A stretch of 64,000 bases of DNA from Candidatus Cloacimonadales bacterium. Its GTDB lineage: Bacteria > Cloacimonadota > Cloacimonadia > Cloacimonadales > DAONDQ01. Positions within the stretch are counted from its first letter, which is position 1. Each line of letters begins with the position of its first letter. Shown piece by piece: positions 30,983 to 42,596 of this stretch. A program made the translations under genes and the position numbers. The notes under the pieces are model-generated. The model had not been told where the DNA came from. It did no database searches and saw nothing but the letters and a program-made list of their open reading frames with translations. The stretch lies in contig OY759316.1 of assembly GCA_963662275.1 (NCBI GenBank), forward strand, positions 1,792,001 to 1,856,000, read 5' to 3'.

Positions 30983-32030
30983 ACTCATCCTTTTTTTACT
31001 CCTTGTTTTAGTCTTTCTCGGTTGCAATAAAGGAATAGAAAAGTATTCGAAATTTGATGATCTGATCGATAATCGAAAACCCATATCCTGGGGGCAGGAT
31101 AGAGTTATTTATGTTTTTGCTGATGAACAAATTTGGAAATATGCGGAAGCACCGTTACGTGAATCTCTCGAAAGATTCAGGTTCACAAACGTAAATGAAT
31201 CCTATTTTGAAGTGAAAAGAGCTGATTATAAAAATATCGAGCAATTCTATCGCTTCAGGAATCTGATAATTTTAGGCAATACTTCTTCAGACTCGCAGGT
31301 ATCTGCTTGGCTTAAAAAGACGTTGCCTGAAAAGAAATTAGAAGAAGTGACCAAAAATCACTACGGTCTATTTAAAAATGAAAATGTCTGGGCTAACGAT
31401 CAGCAGGTATTATTCATTGCAGCAGATAACTTGCATGATTTGGTAAGCCTCACAATCTTACAGAAGGAGAAGACATTCCAGATTTTTCTCCAGAGATTGA
31501 TGAAACGTACAGCATATAGAATTTATCAGATGCCTGTACTGAGTAATTCATTTTTTATTGACTTTCCGTATACGCTGCAAATACCTGTTCAATATCAGGT
31601 CTATAAAAAAGATATTCCTGGTCGGTTTCTATGCTTTTTATATAGAAATTTACATGAGTCTGATGAGACACCGGACAAGTACATTTCTGTTTATTATGAA
31701 AAGATGGATTCAAACCAAGTGAACCAGGAATGGCTGATTAAGAAACGAACTGAATTTGCGAAGAAATATTATGAAGGTGATGAGTTTAAAAAAGAAGACT
31801 TCAATATTTCCAAGATTCAATTCAATAATGCTGATGGGTGGGAAATATTCGGTAGATGGCAAAACCAGAAGTATAAGATTGGTGGAGCATTCCAAAGTAT
31901 TGCCTATTGGGATGCAACTAAGAAAATGGCTTTTATTATTGATAGTTCCGTCTTTTATCCGGCAGGTGAAAAATTAGGTTACCTGCTGGAACTGGAAACT
32001 ATCGGTAATTCATTTAAAACGAAACCCTAG
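30972..32030 (+). CDS. Lipoprotein (DUF4837-like)
   Basis: Lipobox FLGC; NVWANDQQV and GRW...IGGAF segments. Confidence 0.6.
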   Translation: MKSKLILFLLLVLVFLGCNKGIEKYSKFDDLIDNRKPISWGQDRVIYVFADEQIWKYAEAPLRESLERFRFTNVNESYFEVKRADYKNIEQFYRFRNLIILGNTSSDSQVSAWLKKTLPEKKLEEVTKNHYGLFKNENVWANDQQVLFIAADNLHDLVSLTILQKEKTFQIFLQRLMKRTAYRIYQMPVLSNSFFIDFPYTLQIPVQYQVYKKDIPGRFLCFLYRNLHESDETPDKYISVYYEKMDSNQVNQEWLIKKRTEFAKKYYEGDEFKKEDFNISKIQFNNADGWEIFGRWQNQKYKIGGAFQSIAYWDATKKMAFIIDSSVFYPAGEKLGYLLELETIGNSFKTKP

Positions 32031-32065
32031 TAGGGAGAAAGTAATGCAATACATGAAGTTGGCTT

Positions 32066-33982
32066 ATGTTAAATAGAATTAGATTGATAAGCATCCTGTT
32101 ATTAGTGTTTGGATCAGTCCTGGTCGGTTGTTCCAATAATGCTTGTAAGCAGATTAACTTACCTGTGATGAGTAAGCTGCCTAATAATCCTTCCCTGGAA
32201 TCTGTTGTGTATTATGGATTGGGTGATGCAGCGCTGCAGAACCAGGACTTCCAAAATGCTCTACCACTTCTTCAATTAGCGGAAAAGTTTGATCCAAACT
32301 CAATATTGATTAAACAGGACATGGTTGAAACTTATTGGAGTATAGCAAGAAGTCAGAACTCGGCTCCTACTGATATGCTCAAATATGGCGAAGACATCAT
32401 TTCCAAGGGTCAATACAATGAACAAATCCTGGGAATAATGGCAGATGCTTATGTCCTTCAGAAAGAGCCAAGAAAAGCTATAGATGTAATCGCCTATTTA
32501 GTGAAGCATAAACCCTCAGGAATGAACTATTTCCGTTTATTTATCCTCAATGCGAAGTATCTGAATAAGATAAAAAAGGATTTATTAGACGGAGCTTTAC
32601 AAAGAGCCGGGGATAATGAATACTTATTATTAGCCATCGGAGATGTTTATTCTCAACTGGATCCGATGCGAGCGGAAGCAGTATTTAATAAAGCATACAT
32701 TACATTTAAGGATGATTTGTCTTTTAAGGCATTATCGAATTATTATATCAGGCAGAATCAGAAAACCAAGCTTATCAATACCCTGAGAAAAAACATCAAA
32801 AGCTTAAATGAAAATCAATTACAGATGTATATCGAATTACTTTACCAGACGAATCAATGGAAAGAAATCATTGCGAATAAAGATCACCTCTTGGCTGAAG
32901 GCAACAGCATGGTCTTACGATACTTGTTTGCAGCTTCTCAACAAGAAAAAGATATAGACCTGATGATCTTGGCATTTGATAAAATTAAGATAGAAGCTGA
33001 TATCACAGCCGATGATAAAGGATCATTAGCGTTGACGATAGGGGATGCCTATCTCCAGAAAAACGATTCGATTCTTGCTGCTCAATATTTTGCACAAGTA
33101 TCTAACTATAGGATTTTATTAGGATATGTAGCTAATAAGATATTGATAGGAAATTCACTAGATAGTAAAAGTAGTCTTTTAACAACTTTGGAGTTGTTAA
33201 ATTCATATGGATATTCTAAAGAATTACAAGCTTTTATGATTGCAAATACTCAATATTTACTGGATGATTCAAATGCAGCTATTAATTCAATTCAGACAAT
33301 TCCTGATTCCTATTTTTCTGAAAATAATATGATACCTGAGGCTGCGCAGATATATTTAGCAGCAGGTAATGATTCCCTTAAAGCTCTCCAGTTGCTTGAC
33401 TTAAGAAAGGAGAAAACCCCTTCTACGAATACTCTAATGGGGCAGTTCTACATGTTTGCACAGAAGGATTCTATCGCTGAAAGATATTTTGATAAAGAGT
33501 ATGTTTCGAATCCCACTCCCGATTCCTTATTTTTTAGATATGCAGCTACACTTGCAGATCGGCATAAGCGATTGAATGAAGAAGAAGAACTTCTAGATAA
33601 AGCGATTACACTGTATCCAAACAATACTGAATTTCTCAATTGGTACGGTTATTTTCTAGTGATGCAGAATAAGGAACTTGAAAAAGCTGAGAAATTGATT
33701 CGTAAAGCCGTAGAAATTGATTCGACCAATGGATTTTTCTGGGACAGTCTTGCCTGGTTACTCTATATGAAAGGTTCGTATCAGGAAGCGATGGAAGCTA
33801 TGAAAATACCCATCCAGTCAAGAACAAAAAACAGTGTTATTTCATATCATCTAGGTGAGATAACATACAAGTTGAATCAGTTGAAGGATGCAAAAGCCCA
33901 TTTCAAACAAGCGATTACAGTTAATGATGATCAACAGGCTGTAAAAAATTCACAAAAGGCACTTGCGAATTATACATGGTAG
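32066..33982 (+). CDS. TPR-repeat lipoprotein
   Basis: Lipobox LVGC; LNWYGYFL...WDSLAW...YHLG TPR tail. Confidence 0.8.
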   Translation: MLNRIRLISILLLVFGSVLVGCSNNACKQINLPVMSKLPNNPSLESVVYYGLGDAALQNQDFQNALPLLQLAEKFDPNSILIKQDMVETYWSIARSQNSAPTDMLKYGEDIISKGQYNEQILGIMADAYVLQKEPRKAIDVIAYLVKHKPSGMNYFRLFILNAKYLNKIKKDLLDGALQRAGDNEYLLLAIGDVYSQLDPMRAEAVFNKAYITFKDDLSFKALSNYYIRQNQKTKLINTLRKNIKSLNENQLQMYIELLYQTNQWKEIIANKDHLLAEGNSMVLRYLFAASQQEKDIDLMILAFDKIKIEADITADDKGSLALTIGDAYLQKNDSILAAQYFAQVSNYRILLGYVANKILIGNSLDSKSSLLTTLELLNSYGYSKELQAFMIANTQYLLDDSNAAINSIQTIPDSYFSENNMIPEAAQIYLAAGNDSLKALQLLDLRKEKTPSTNTLMGQFYMFAQKDSIAERYFDKEYVSNPTPDSLFFRYAATLADRHKRLNEEEELLDKAITLYPNNTEFLNWYGYFLVMQNKELEKAEKLIRKAVEIDSTNGFFWDSLAWLLYMKGSYQEAMEAMKIPIQSRTKNSVISYHLGEITYKLNQLKDAKAHFKQAITVNDDQQAVKNSQKALANYTW

Positions 33983-34025
33983 ACTAAAATCTGGTATTTG
34001 AATATATAATTTTGATGGAGGATTT

Positions 34026-34220
34026 ATGGCAAAAGAAGTAAAAAGATTTTACTGGAACATTTTAAACACAATTCTGATGATTATCGCGCTTGTCATGATA
34101 ACTGCGGGATACATCATCATGCGGAATAATGACATCTCTCTTTCCCCTGTATTACTCTTAATTGCCTATGTCGTTTTGATTCCTGCTGCACTCATGATAA
34201 AAGGAAAGAAATCTGATTAA
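34026..34220 (+). CDS. Small two-TM membrane protein
   Basis: GGAGG RBS; two hydrophobic helices. Confidence 0.65.
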   Translation: MAKEVKRFYWNILNTILMIIALVMITAGYIIMRNNDISLSPVLLLIAYVVLIPAALMIKGKKSD

Positions 34221-34270
34221 TCAAACTGGATTCTCAATTACGGTTCGCCTGAATCCCAGGATCAATTAAC

Positions 34271-35158
34271 ATGGATAAGGATCTGTTATTAAATGAACCC
34301 TTAACTGCAAAATTAGATCGCTTTCACTTGCGAACCAGGATGATTGTGGAAGGTTTTATGGTTGGGTTGCATAAGTCTCCCTATCATGGATTCAGCGTTG
34401 AGTTTGCAGATCATCGGCAATACATACCAGGGGATGCTATCCGTAATGTGGATTGGAAAGTATACGCTAAAACTAATCGTTGGTATGTAAAACGCTATGA
34501 AGAAGAAACAAATGTACGTACGTTCATTATTCTTGATCATAGCAAATCCATGCAGTATGGTTCAGGAAACATCACAAAACTTGAATATGCTAAGCAATTA
34601 GCCTCAGCTTTGGCTTATCTGGTTATTCAACAGCAGGATGCTGCAGGTCTGATAACTTATACCGATAAAATCACCAACTATTTCCCACCTAAGGCATATC
34701 GAACTTATGTCAGTATTTTGCTGGAAAAGATGTATCATCTTGAACCTCAGGAACAAACCCATACACTTACTGTTTTACACAATCTGGCGGAACAGATTCG
34801 AAAACGAAGCCTGATCATTCTCATCTCTGATATGATTGATGATCCTGATGCAATACTATCCGGTTTGAATCATTTCCGTTATTCTCATCATGAAGTCATC
34901 CTTTTTCATATCCAAGATCCACAGGAAATTCAATTCCAATTCAAAGGTGAAACTGAATTTATCGACCATGAGACAGGTAGTAAGGTGACAGTCATGCCCT
35001 GGCAAATTCGAAATGATTATAAACAGGCATATGATGCTTTTTCCAAATATATGAAAGTGAAATGTCATCAATCTAAAATTGAATATAACGAACTCACTAC
35101 TTCAACACCTATCGAAGACAGCCTTTTACAATACCTGATCAAACGCAGCCGTATCTAA
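34271..35158 (+). CDS. DUF58 domain protein
   Basis: GLHKSPYHGFSVEFADHRQY.PGD...DWKVYA...YEEETN. Confidence 0.9.
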   Translation: MDKDLLLNEPLTAKLDRFHLRTRMIVEGFMVGLHKSPYHGFSVEFADHRQYIPGDAIRNVDWKVYAKTNRWYVKRYEEETNVRTFIILDHSKSMQYGSGNITKLEYAKQLASALAYLVIQQQDAAGLITYTDKITNYFPPKAYRTYVSILLEKMYHLEPQEQTHTLTVLHNLAEQIRKRSLIILISDMIDDPDAILSGLNHFRYSHHEVILFHIQDPQEIQFQFKGETEFIDHETGSKVTVMPWQIRNDYKQAYDAFSKYMKVKCHQSKIEYNELTTSTPIEDSLLQYLIKRSRI

Positions 35159-35162
35159 GTTC

Positions 35163-35320
35163 GTAGCACTGCCTTCAGGTGGTTACTCCGTAGCACTGCC
35201 TTCAGGCGGTTCCTCCGTAGCGCTGCCTTCAGGCGGTAATTCAGTAGCGCTGCCTTCAGGCGGTAATTCCGTAGCGCTGCCTTCAGGCGGTAATTCAGTA
35301 GCGCTGCCTTCAGGCGGTTA
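35163..35320 (+). repeat. Six tandem 27-bp GTAG-REP units between convergent genes
   Basis: gtagc(a/g)ctgccttcagg(c/t)ggt at 35163, 35190, 35217, 35244, 35271, 35298. Confidence 0.92.
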
Positions 35321-35396
35321 CCCGACCTTACATCTCCGGAGCTACATTCAATAAGATCGGAATCTTATTCCACAACACAACCGGTTAAACCCGGAG

Positions 35397-37421
35397 CTAC
35401 TCTGTTACTTGACTGTGAAACACCAACTGCATTTCAGCAATTCTATCCCGTAATTCCGCAGCCTTCTCAAATTCAAGATTACCTGCAGCTTTCTTCATCT
35501 CTTTTGTTAATAATTGTATCACCTGGTCTACATTGTCCAACTCAATATACTGCATGAAATCCGCTTTATCGGGTTTTGCCTTCTTGTCCTTCTGTTTACC
35601 GAACTGAGCATAACCTTCTGCCACAGCAGTGGATTGCATGATCTGTTCAACAGATTTGTAGATTGTCTTGGGCGTAATATTATTCTCACGGTTGTATTCC
35701 AGTTGTTTCTTACGACGGTGTTCAGTGATATCTATTGTTTCCCGTATTGCATCTGTTATTACATCTGCATAGAATATTACTTTCCCGTCCACATTACGGG
35801 CTGCACGACCGGCTGTCTGTATCAAGGAACGTGTGGAACGCAGGAAGCCTGTCTTATCTGCATCCAGGATGGCTACCAGCGATACTTCAGGCAGATCCAG
35901 TCCTTCCCTGAGAAGATTCACACCCACCAGCACATCGAATTCACCGAGACGCAGGTCACGGATTATCTTTGATCTTTCAATCGTATCCACTTCACTATGA
36001 AGATAGCGAACCTTAATGCCGGCATTACCCAGGTAAGTAGCTAAATCTTCAGACATACGCTTTGTAAGCGTTGTAACTAATATCTTCTGATTCTTCTGAA
36101 CCCGCTGACGTACCTGTTCCATCAGATCATCCACCTGGTTTCCCACAGGTCTGACTTCAATGTCCGGATCAACAAGTCCGGTTGGTCTTATCACCTGTTC
36201 TACGATCACACCTTTAGTAAGGCTGAGTTCATACTTGCTGGGAGTAGCCGAAACATAGATCACCTGGTTCTGATGTTTCACAAATTCTTCAAATTGCAGA
36301 GGTCTGTTATCATAAGCTGAAGGTAAACGGAATCCATAATCGATCAGGTTCTTCTTTCGTGAATAATCACCTGCATACATGGCATGCAGTTGAGGTATGG
36401 AAGCATGGGATTCATCGATGACCATTAAATAATCCTCAGGGAAATAATCCAAGAGGCAAAATGGCGGTTCACCAGGTTTAGCACCTGTCAAATGACGTGA
36501 ATAATTCTCTATACCCGAGCAGGCACCAATTTCCTTTAGCATTTCTATATCAAATTTTGTACGCTGTTGGATACGCTGCGCTTCAACAAGCAGATTGTTA
36601 TCATTAAAATAGCGCAAACGTTCTTCGAGTTCTTGTTCAATAGATATCACGGCAGTGCGCAAGCGATCTTCACTCATTACGAAATGATTTGCCGGATAAA
36701 TCGGATATTGCTCCACTTTCTCCATCACTTTATTGGTAATTGGATGCAGCTTCTGGAGAGAGACAATCTCGTCTCCAAAGAACTCGACCCGGATGCAATG
36801 TTCCATGTAAGCGGGATAAATATCAACGGTATCGCCCTTCACTCTGAATGCCCCGCGTTCAAAGGCTATGTCATTTCTTCCATAATGTGCGTTTACAAGC
36901 TTTTTGAGCAATTCATCACGTTCATATATGTCTCCCACTTTTAAACGCACCAAGGCTTCCCGATAATCTTCAGGAACACCTAAACCATAGATACAGGATA
37001 CGCTGGCAACAATGATCACATCACTTCGTTCCATGAGAGACATGGTTGCTCGTAAGCGAAGTTTTTCAATTTGCTCATTGATATCAGAGTCTTTTTCAAT
37101 ATAGATGTCTTTACCGGGAATGTAGGCTTCCGGTTGATAGTAATCATAGTAGGATATGAAATATTCAACTGCATTACCAGGGAATAACTGTTTTAACTCA
37201 CCATAGAGTTGAGCTGCGAGAGTTTTATTATGAGAAAGGACGAGTGTCGGTTTACCATGCCTGGCAATGACATTGGCAATAGTATAAGTCTTTCCTGAAC
37301 CGGTGACACCCAGCAAGACCTGGTGCTTTTTCCCTTTTTCTAAATTAGCATATAATTCCTCAATGGCTTGAGGTTGATCACCTGTAGGCTGATAATCAGA
37401 TTCTAATTTAAATTCACTCAT
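35397..37421 (-). CDS. uvrB: Excinuclease ABC subunit B
   Basis: [23 protein letters not shown]-terminal [12 protein letters not shown]. Confidence 0.97.
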   Translation of the reverse strand: MSEFKLESDYQPTGDQPQAIEELYANLEKGKKHQVLLGVTGSGKTYTIANVIARHGKPTLVLSHNKTLAAQLYGELKQLFPGNAVEYFISYYDYYQPEAYIPGKDIYIEKDSDINEQIEKLRLRATMSLMERSDVIIVASVSCIYGLGVPEDYREALVRLKVGDIYERDELLKKLVNAHYGRNDIAFERGAFRVKGDTVDIYPAYMEHCIRVEFFGDEIVSLQKLHPITNKVMEKVEQYPIYPANHFVMSEDRLRTAVISIEQELEERLRYFNDNNLLVEAQRIQQRTKFDIEMLKEIGACSGIENYSRHLTGAKPGEPPFCLLDYFPEDYLMVIDESHASIPQLHAMYAGDYSRKKNLIDYGFRLPSAYDNRPLQFEEFVKHQNQVIYVSATPSKYELSLTKGVIVEQVIRPTGLVDPDIEVRPVGNQVDDLMEQVRQRVQKNQKILVTTLTKRMSEDLATYLGNAGIKVRYLHSEVDTIERSKIIRDLRLGEFDVLVGVNLLREGLDLPEVSLVAILDADKTGFLRSTRSLIQTAGRAARNVDGKVIFYADVITDAIRETIDITEHRRKKQLEYNRENNITPKTIYKSVEQIMQSTAVAEGYAQFGKQKDKKAKPDKADFMQYIELDNVDQVIQLLTKEMKKAAGNLEFEKAAELRDRIAEMQLVFHSQVTE

Positions 37422-37861
37422 TTATTTACCTGTTTGCGTTTTGAATACTCATTCCAACTACCGAAAGGGATGGAAATCTGAAGATATTCATTTCGCATCG
37501 CTACATCTTTAAAGTTCACTGACATTTTAGCGTATCTTCCGAAAGTCATGAGTGTAATATCCCCGGAGAAATTAGCGATGCAGTAATTATATGTACTACG
37601 GGAAAATGAACCATCCTCCAAAAGGAAAAAGCGCAATAAACCGCTTTTATTCGTGTATCTCTTAATTTTATAACTCAACTCAAAATCTGATGAATAAGAA
37701 GAAATACATTGATAATTACCGGGCAAAGGCTGAGTCATCCGATCTGCTACGATTTCATGATAAGTAAAATTCGAACTAGTATTATCTGCTGTCTTTGCAT
37801 ATACCAATGACAACGGAATACTTGCCAAGTATGCGATCATCATCAGTATCACTATCTTCAT
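37418..37861 (-). CDS. Hypothetical exported protein
   Basis: AAGGAG RBS, signal-like N-terminus, 4-nt overlap with uvrB. Confidence 0.6.
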   Translation of the reverse strand: MKIVILMMIAYLASIPLSLVYAKTADNTSSNFTYHEIVADRMTQPLPGNYQCISSYSSDFELSYKIKRYTNKSGLLRFFLLEDGSFSRSTYNYCIANFSGDITLMTFGRYAKMSVNFKDVAMRNEYLQISIPFGSWNEYSKRKQVNK

Positions 37862-37951
37862 CTATGTTCTCCTTCTCGAATATTGATTCAGGATTATCAA
37901 TTGCATAATGCCTGTTTTTATGTCAAGATTTTGACGTGTCCTCTTTCCATT

Positions 37952-38870
37952 CCTCTCTTTAGATAAAGAGAGGTGGCACTTTAGGGTCGGAGAGTTTGAT
38001 TCTTCTCTGATCTGCAATTCGTCATTCGTAATTCGTACTTATTCTGCCTTCTCCTTCTGCAATTCGTCATTAGTAATTAAATTTATTTTTGCATTTGCAA
38101 AAATAAATCACAATCCTCCCTCCTATATGGCAGAAGGTGACAGCTAACAGGTAACAGCTGACAGGTTCAGAGCATAGAAGAAAATGCCTCAGAAAGCAAC
38201 TTCGAACTTCGCACTTCGAACTTCGCACTTCGTACTTCGAACTTCCAGATAAGTCTCATTGAATATAAAAAAAGAAGAAAATAGCTGCCATAATAGCATC
38301 TTCCTAAGAAAATCTAAAAAAGTCTAGATGATCCCTAGATGATCCCTAGATAATCCCTAGATAAAACCCAGCTCATATTTTCAGCAGAAAATATGAGAAT
38401 TAAAAATTAAAAGTGAAAAATTAAAAATTACAGATGAAAGAGTCGAGAATCGCGGAAGTAAATCCGTCTGTTCTTCATCCCCCATTGAGAAGGGGGGTAG
38501 GGGGGTCTATTTTGTGAACTGTTTCCTGTTCGCTTTTCGCTGTTAGCTTCTGCTCGAATATCCGGTAAGGACTGTTGTGGAAGCGATGCAGAATGGATTG
38601 TTGTTTGAGATAGAAGAGGCGGGTATGCTAGTACATGAGATGTAGTAATTGTAGGGATAGACCTGTGTGTTTATCCTCCTTTTCTTCTTTGACAATCTTA
38701 CATCTGAAATCCTGCAAGGATGAAATCCAAGAGCCTAACGTGTGAACGTCAGGAATGAATCCCCCAAACCCATACAGAATCTCGTAGAGATGATAGATAA
38801 TAACCCATAGCGTGAGCTATGGGAAAATAAACACCACTAACTTTTAGACCCCGGCAGAGGTGACACAATA
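37952..38870. repeat. Mosaic of short repeats (palindromes, heptamers, 11-mers, REPs) at the left edge of the defence island
   Basis: cctctctttagataaagagagg; (aacttcg/cacttcg)n 38198-38246; (gatccctagat)n; gtagggatagacctgtgtgtttatcct 38651. Confidence 0.7.
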
Positions 38871-39031
38871 CATAACCTCCCAAAGAAGTCTCTACTTAGG
38901 AAAAGCTCCAAATAACAATAACTCAATAAAAATTTATTGCACTTGACAAAACATTAGCACTTTTCGTTAATTTACGTTGAAGGGTCATCGGGTCTTCTAT
39001 CAGGAATGATGAAGAACGGGAGTATATATTT

Positions 39032-42000
39032 ATGAGCTATCCTGGTATCAGAGATAATTATACAAATGGTTCTGTGGGTGATTTTCTCAAAGAAGTAATT
39101 ACTTCCAGTTCTGATATTTCTATTGTATCAGCGTACTTCACTATTTATGCCTATAATCAATTAAAAGACAATTTGAATGGAATTGATCATTTACGTTTTC
39201 TCTTCGGTGAACCTACATTTATTAAGTCCATGGATCCTGATAAAGTAAATGCCAAAGACTTTAAAATAGAAGATGATAAATTAGTTATTCCAATTGAAAG
39301 TAAGCTCACACAAAAGAATATAGCAAGAGAATGTTACGATTGGATGCAGGAAAAGACAGAAATCCGTTCTATGGTAAAACCGAATTTCCTTCATGGGAAA
39401 TTGTATCATGTAAAACAGGAAAGCGGCATTGAGAAAGCCATTGCAGGGAGTTCAAATTTTACAGTGAACGGTCTTGGTTTGGGAAACAGCAAGAATATTG
39501 AATTGAATCTGATCATAGATAGTGATAGAGAAAGACAGGAATTGAAAGAATGGTTTGATTCCATATGGAATGATGATACAGGTCTGGTTGAAGATGTGAA
39601 GGAACAAGTCCTTAAATACCTAGAACAACTTTACATTGAGAATGATCCAGAGTTTATCTACTTCAAAACACTCTTCCATATCTTTGAAGATTATTTGAAT
39701 GAACAGAAACAAGGTGGCTTACTTAACGAAAAGACTGGCTTCTACGATAGTGAAATATGGAATATGCTCTATGATTTCCAGAAAGACGGAGTCAAAGGCG
39801 CAATCAATAAGATATTGAAACATAATGGCTGTATCATTGCTGATAGTGTAGGTTTGGGTAAGACTTTTGAAGCTTTGGCAGTCATCAAGTATTTTGAGAT
39901 ATTGAATGCCAGGGTACTGGTATTATGTCCCAAAAAGCTGACAGGGAACTGGACGATCTATCAGGCACGTCAAAATCATCTGTTAAATCCATTCAAGAAA
40001 GACAGATTTGATTACACAGTTTTATATCATACAGATATGGGACGTGTTTCAGGTAAATCAGATGCGAATGGTATTGAACTCCAGAATTTCAATTGGAGTG
40101 CTTATGATCTCGTCGTCATAGATGAGTCACATAATTTCCGTGGTAATCCAATGGAAAAATTGAAAGATGATGGCAATATCAAAATGAACAGGGCTAAGTG
40201 GCTGATGGAAATGGTTTTGAAATCCGGTTCAAAGACTAAAGTGCTCATGCTTTCTGCCACACCTGTTAATAATACACTACGTGACTTAAGAAATCAAGTC
40301 GCATTCATAACTGAAGGGAAAGACGATGCTCTGTTTGAGAACTGTAAGATTAAAAGCATTGATCTTACCTTGAAAAATGCTCAGAGAAACTTCACTTTAT
40401 GGGCAGAACAAAAAGGCAAACCCAAAGGCATGAAAGAACTTCTAGAAAGGTTAGATTCATCATTTTTCAAACTACTTGATGAACTCACAATTGCTCGTTC
40501 ACGGAAACATATTGTAAGCTATTACAAAACAGAAGCAATTGGTAAATTTCCTTTCAGAGAGAAACCGCATTCAGTTTACCCGGATATTGATTTGGATAAA
40601 CGATTCCCCTCTTACGATACTATCAATAAACAGATAGATCAGTATACACTCTCTGTGTTCAATCCTTCTGAATATGTAAAGCCATTTATGAGGAAAAAAT
40701 ATGAAGATATGGTAAGAGGTCAGGTTCTTAATTTTACACAAAAAGCTCGTGAACGGTTCCTCATTGGTATGATGAGGATTAATTATTTGAAACGTCTGGA
40801 AAGTTCAATTGAATCATTTGAGATATCACTCGATAGAACTATAATCAAGATAGAAACTCTTATTGATAAAATTGATAGATTCCAAAAGAGTACACTCAAA
40901 AATCAGGAAGAGACCTTGGAAGACTTAATACCTACCGATGATGAATTGGGAGAGGATATTGAAGAAATGGAAGAATGGCAGGTTGGTAAAAAATTAAGGT
41001 TTGATCTTGCCGATTTGAATCTGGATGGATGGCTTGTAGATCTCAAAAAAGACAAAGAAGCTTTAGTTAGTTTATTGAATAATGCCAAGGCTGTAACTCC
41101 TACTCGAGACGCCAAACTTAAAGAACTAAGAGAATTAATCCTTCAAAAAGTAAATCATCCCATTAATGATAATAATAAGAAGGTAATCGTATTTACTGCT
41201 TTCGCTGATACAGCAAAATATCTATATGATAACCTGAAAGAATGGATTAGAACAGACTTACATCTTAATTCTGCATTGATTTGTGGTGACTATACTCAGA
41301 CTACTCTCGGTAGAAACGACTATGATAATATATTGGTGAATTTCTCCCCAATATCAAAGAATAGAGCCAAGTTGAATATTGCAAATCAAACTGGCGAAAT
41401 TGATATACTTATTGCCACAGATTGTATCAGTGAAGGACAGAACCTACAGGATTGTGATTATCTAATCAATTACGATATACATTGGAATCCTGTTCGTATA
41501 ATACAGCGTTTTGGACGTATTGACAGGTTGGGTAGTAAGAACCAAACGATACAACTGGTTAACTTCTGGCCTACAAAAGACCTGGATCTCTATATCAATT
41601 TAAAAGAACGTGTAGAAGCTCGTATGGCTCTTGCAGATATGACTGCGACTGGTGAAGATAATATCCTGAATACAGAACAAATAGAAGAACTCATTTCAGA
41701 AGATTTGAAGTATCGTAATCAGCAATTAAAGAAACTGAAAGACGTTGTTCTCGATCTTGAAGATACAGATGTAACAATATCTCTTACTGACTTTACACTT
41801 GATGATTTCCGAATTGAGCTAACTAATTTTCTTGAGAATAACAGAAAAAGGCTGAATGATTCTCCAATGGGTCTGTATGCTATTGTTCCCGCTCCGGGTG
41901 GAGATTACTCTAGTTTAGATGCGGGGCAGTATTATACATCAATTGAAAAAGACATTATCAAACCGGGTGTTATCTATTGTTTAGCACAGAAAGGTGAATG

Positions 42001-42367
42001 TGATGGTAATGAAGAAGTAAATCCATTGAATCCATATTTCCTTATTTATATTCGAGATGACGGAACAGTGCGTTATAACTATACCAATGCCAAGCAGATT
42101 CTTGAAATATACCGTTTATTATGCCAGGGACGAAAGACCTATTATGAAAAGCTCTGCCAGTTGTTCAATGATGAGACAAATCATGGTGAGAAGATGGATA
42201 AGTATTCAGAATTGTTACAAAAAGCTGTTAATGCCATTGTCCAGATCTTCAAGAAAAAAGGCAGCGAAAAGCTTACTACTGATAGAAGTGCTGTATTAAT
42301 TCCCAAGACTAAGCAAGTAAATGAAATGAAAGATTTTGAACTGATAACTTGGTTAGTTGTAAAGTAA
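39032..42367 (+). CDS. PLD-nuclease-domain SNF2-like helicase (restriction/defence-associated)
   Basis: LHGKLY...GSSNFT (PLD), ADSVGLGKT, DESH, SATP, SEGQNLQ, QRFGRIDR. Confidence 0.85.
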   Translation: MSYPGIRDNYTNGSVGDFLKEVITSSSDISIVSAYFTIYAYNQLKDNLNGIDHLRFLFGEPTFIKSMDPDKVNAKDFKIEDDKLVIPIESKLTQKNIARECYDWMQEKTEIRSMVKPNFLHGKLYHVKQESGIEKAIAGSSNFTVNGLGLGNSKNIELNLIIDSDRERQELKEWFDSIWNDDTGLVEDVKEQVLKYLEQLYIENDPEFIYFKTLFHIFEDYLNEQKQGGLLNEKTGFYDSEIWNMLYDFQKDGVKGAINKILKHNGCIIADSVGLGKTFEALAVIKYFEILNARVLVLCPKKLTGNWTIYQARQNHLLNPFKKDRFDYTVLYHTDMGRVSGKSDANGIELQNFNWSAYDLVVIDESHNFRGNPMEKLKDDGNIKMNRAKWLMEMVLKSGSKTKVLMLSATPVNNTLRDLRNQVAFITEGKDDALFENCKIKSIDLTLKNAQRNFTLWAEQKGKPKGMKELLERLDSSFFKLLDELTIARSRKHIVSYYKTEAIGKFPFREKPHSVYPDIDLDKRFPSYDTINKQIDQYTLSVFNPSEYVKPFMRKKYEDMVRGQVLNFTQKARERFLIGMMRINYLKRLESSIESFEISLDRTIIKIETLIDKIDRFQKSTLKNQEETLEDLIPTDDELGEDIEEMEEWQVGKKLRFDLADLNLDGWLVDLKKDKEALVSLLNNAKAVTPTRDAKLKELRELILQKVNHPINDNNKKVIVFTAFADTAKYLYDNLKEWIRTDLHLNSALICGDYTQTTLGRNDYDNILVNFSPISKNRAKLNIANQTGEIDILIATDCISEGQNLQDCDYLINYDIHWNPVRIIQRFGRIDRLGSKNQTIQLVNFWPTKDLDLYINLKERVEARMALADMTATGEDNILNTEQIEELISEDLKYRNQQLKKLKDVVLDLEDTDVTISLTDFTLDDFRIELTNFLENNRKRLNDSPMGLYAIVPAPGGDYSSLDAGQYYTSIEKDIIKPGVIYCLAQKGECDGNEEVNPLNPYFLIYIRDDGTVRYNYTNAKQILEIYRLLCQGRKTYYEKLCQLFNDETNHGEKMDKYSELLQKAVNAIVQIFKKKGSEKLTTDRSAVLIPKTKQVNEMKDFELITWLVVK

Positions 42368-42596
42368 GACGTCGTTCTACTGTCTTATCTCCCTCCCATT
42401 TGTAAAGGGAGGGGCTAGGGGAGAGCTAGTTCTGATGCGTAACATAAGATTGTATCTTGTTTTCCCCGACGGTTTGTAACTTCGGGGTCTTTTAAGAGTT
42501 GTCGAGTAACAAACCCAACAACAAAACAGCTTACAAAGCTATGTTACAAATCTTTATAAATGCTAAAAAGGTAAAAGTAAAAATTGAGGTAACCTA

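Noticed and set aside
34271..35158. DUF58 as partner of the AAA+/vWA gene
   Set aside because: It is 22 kb away and DUF58 normally pairs with MoxR-type rather than ChlI-type ATPases
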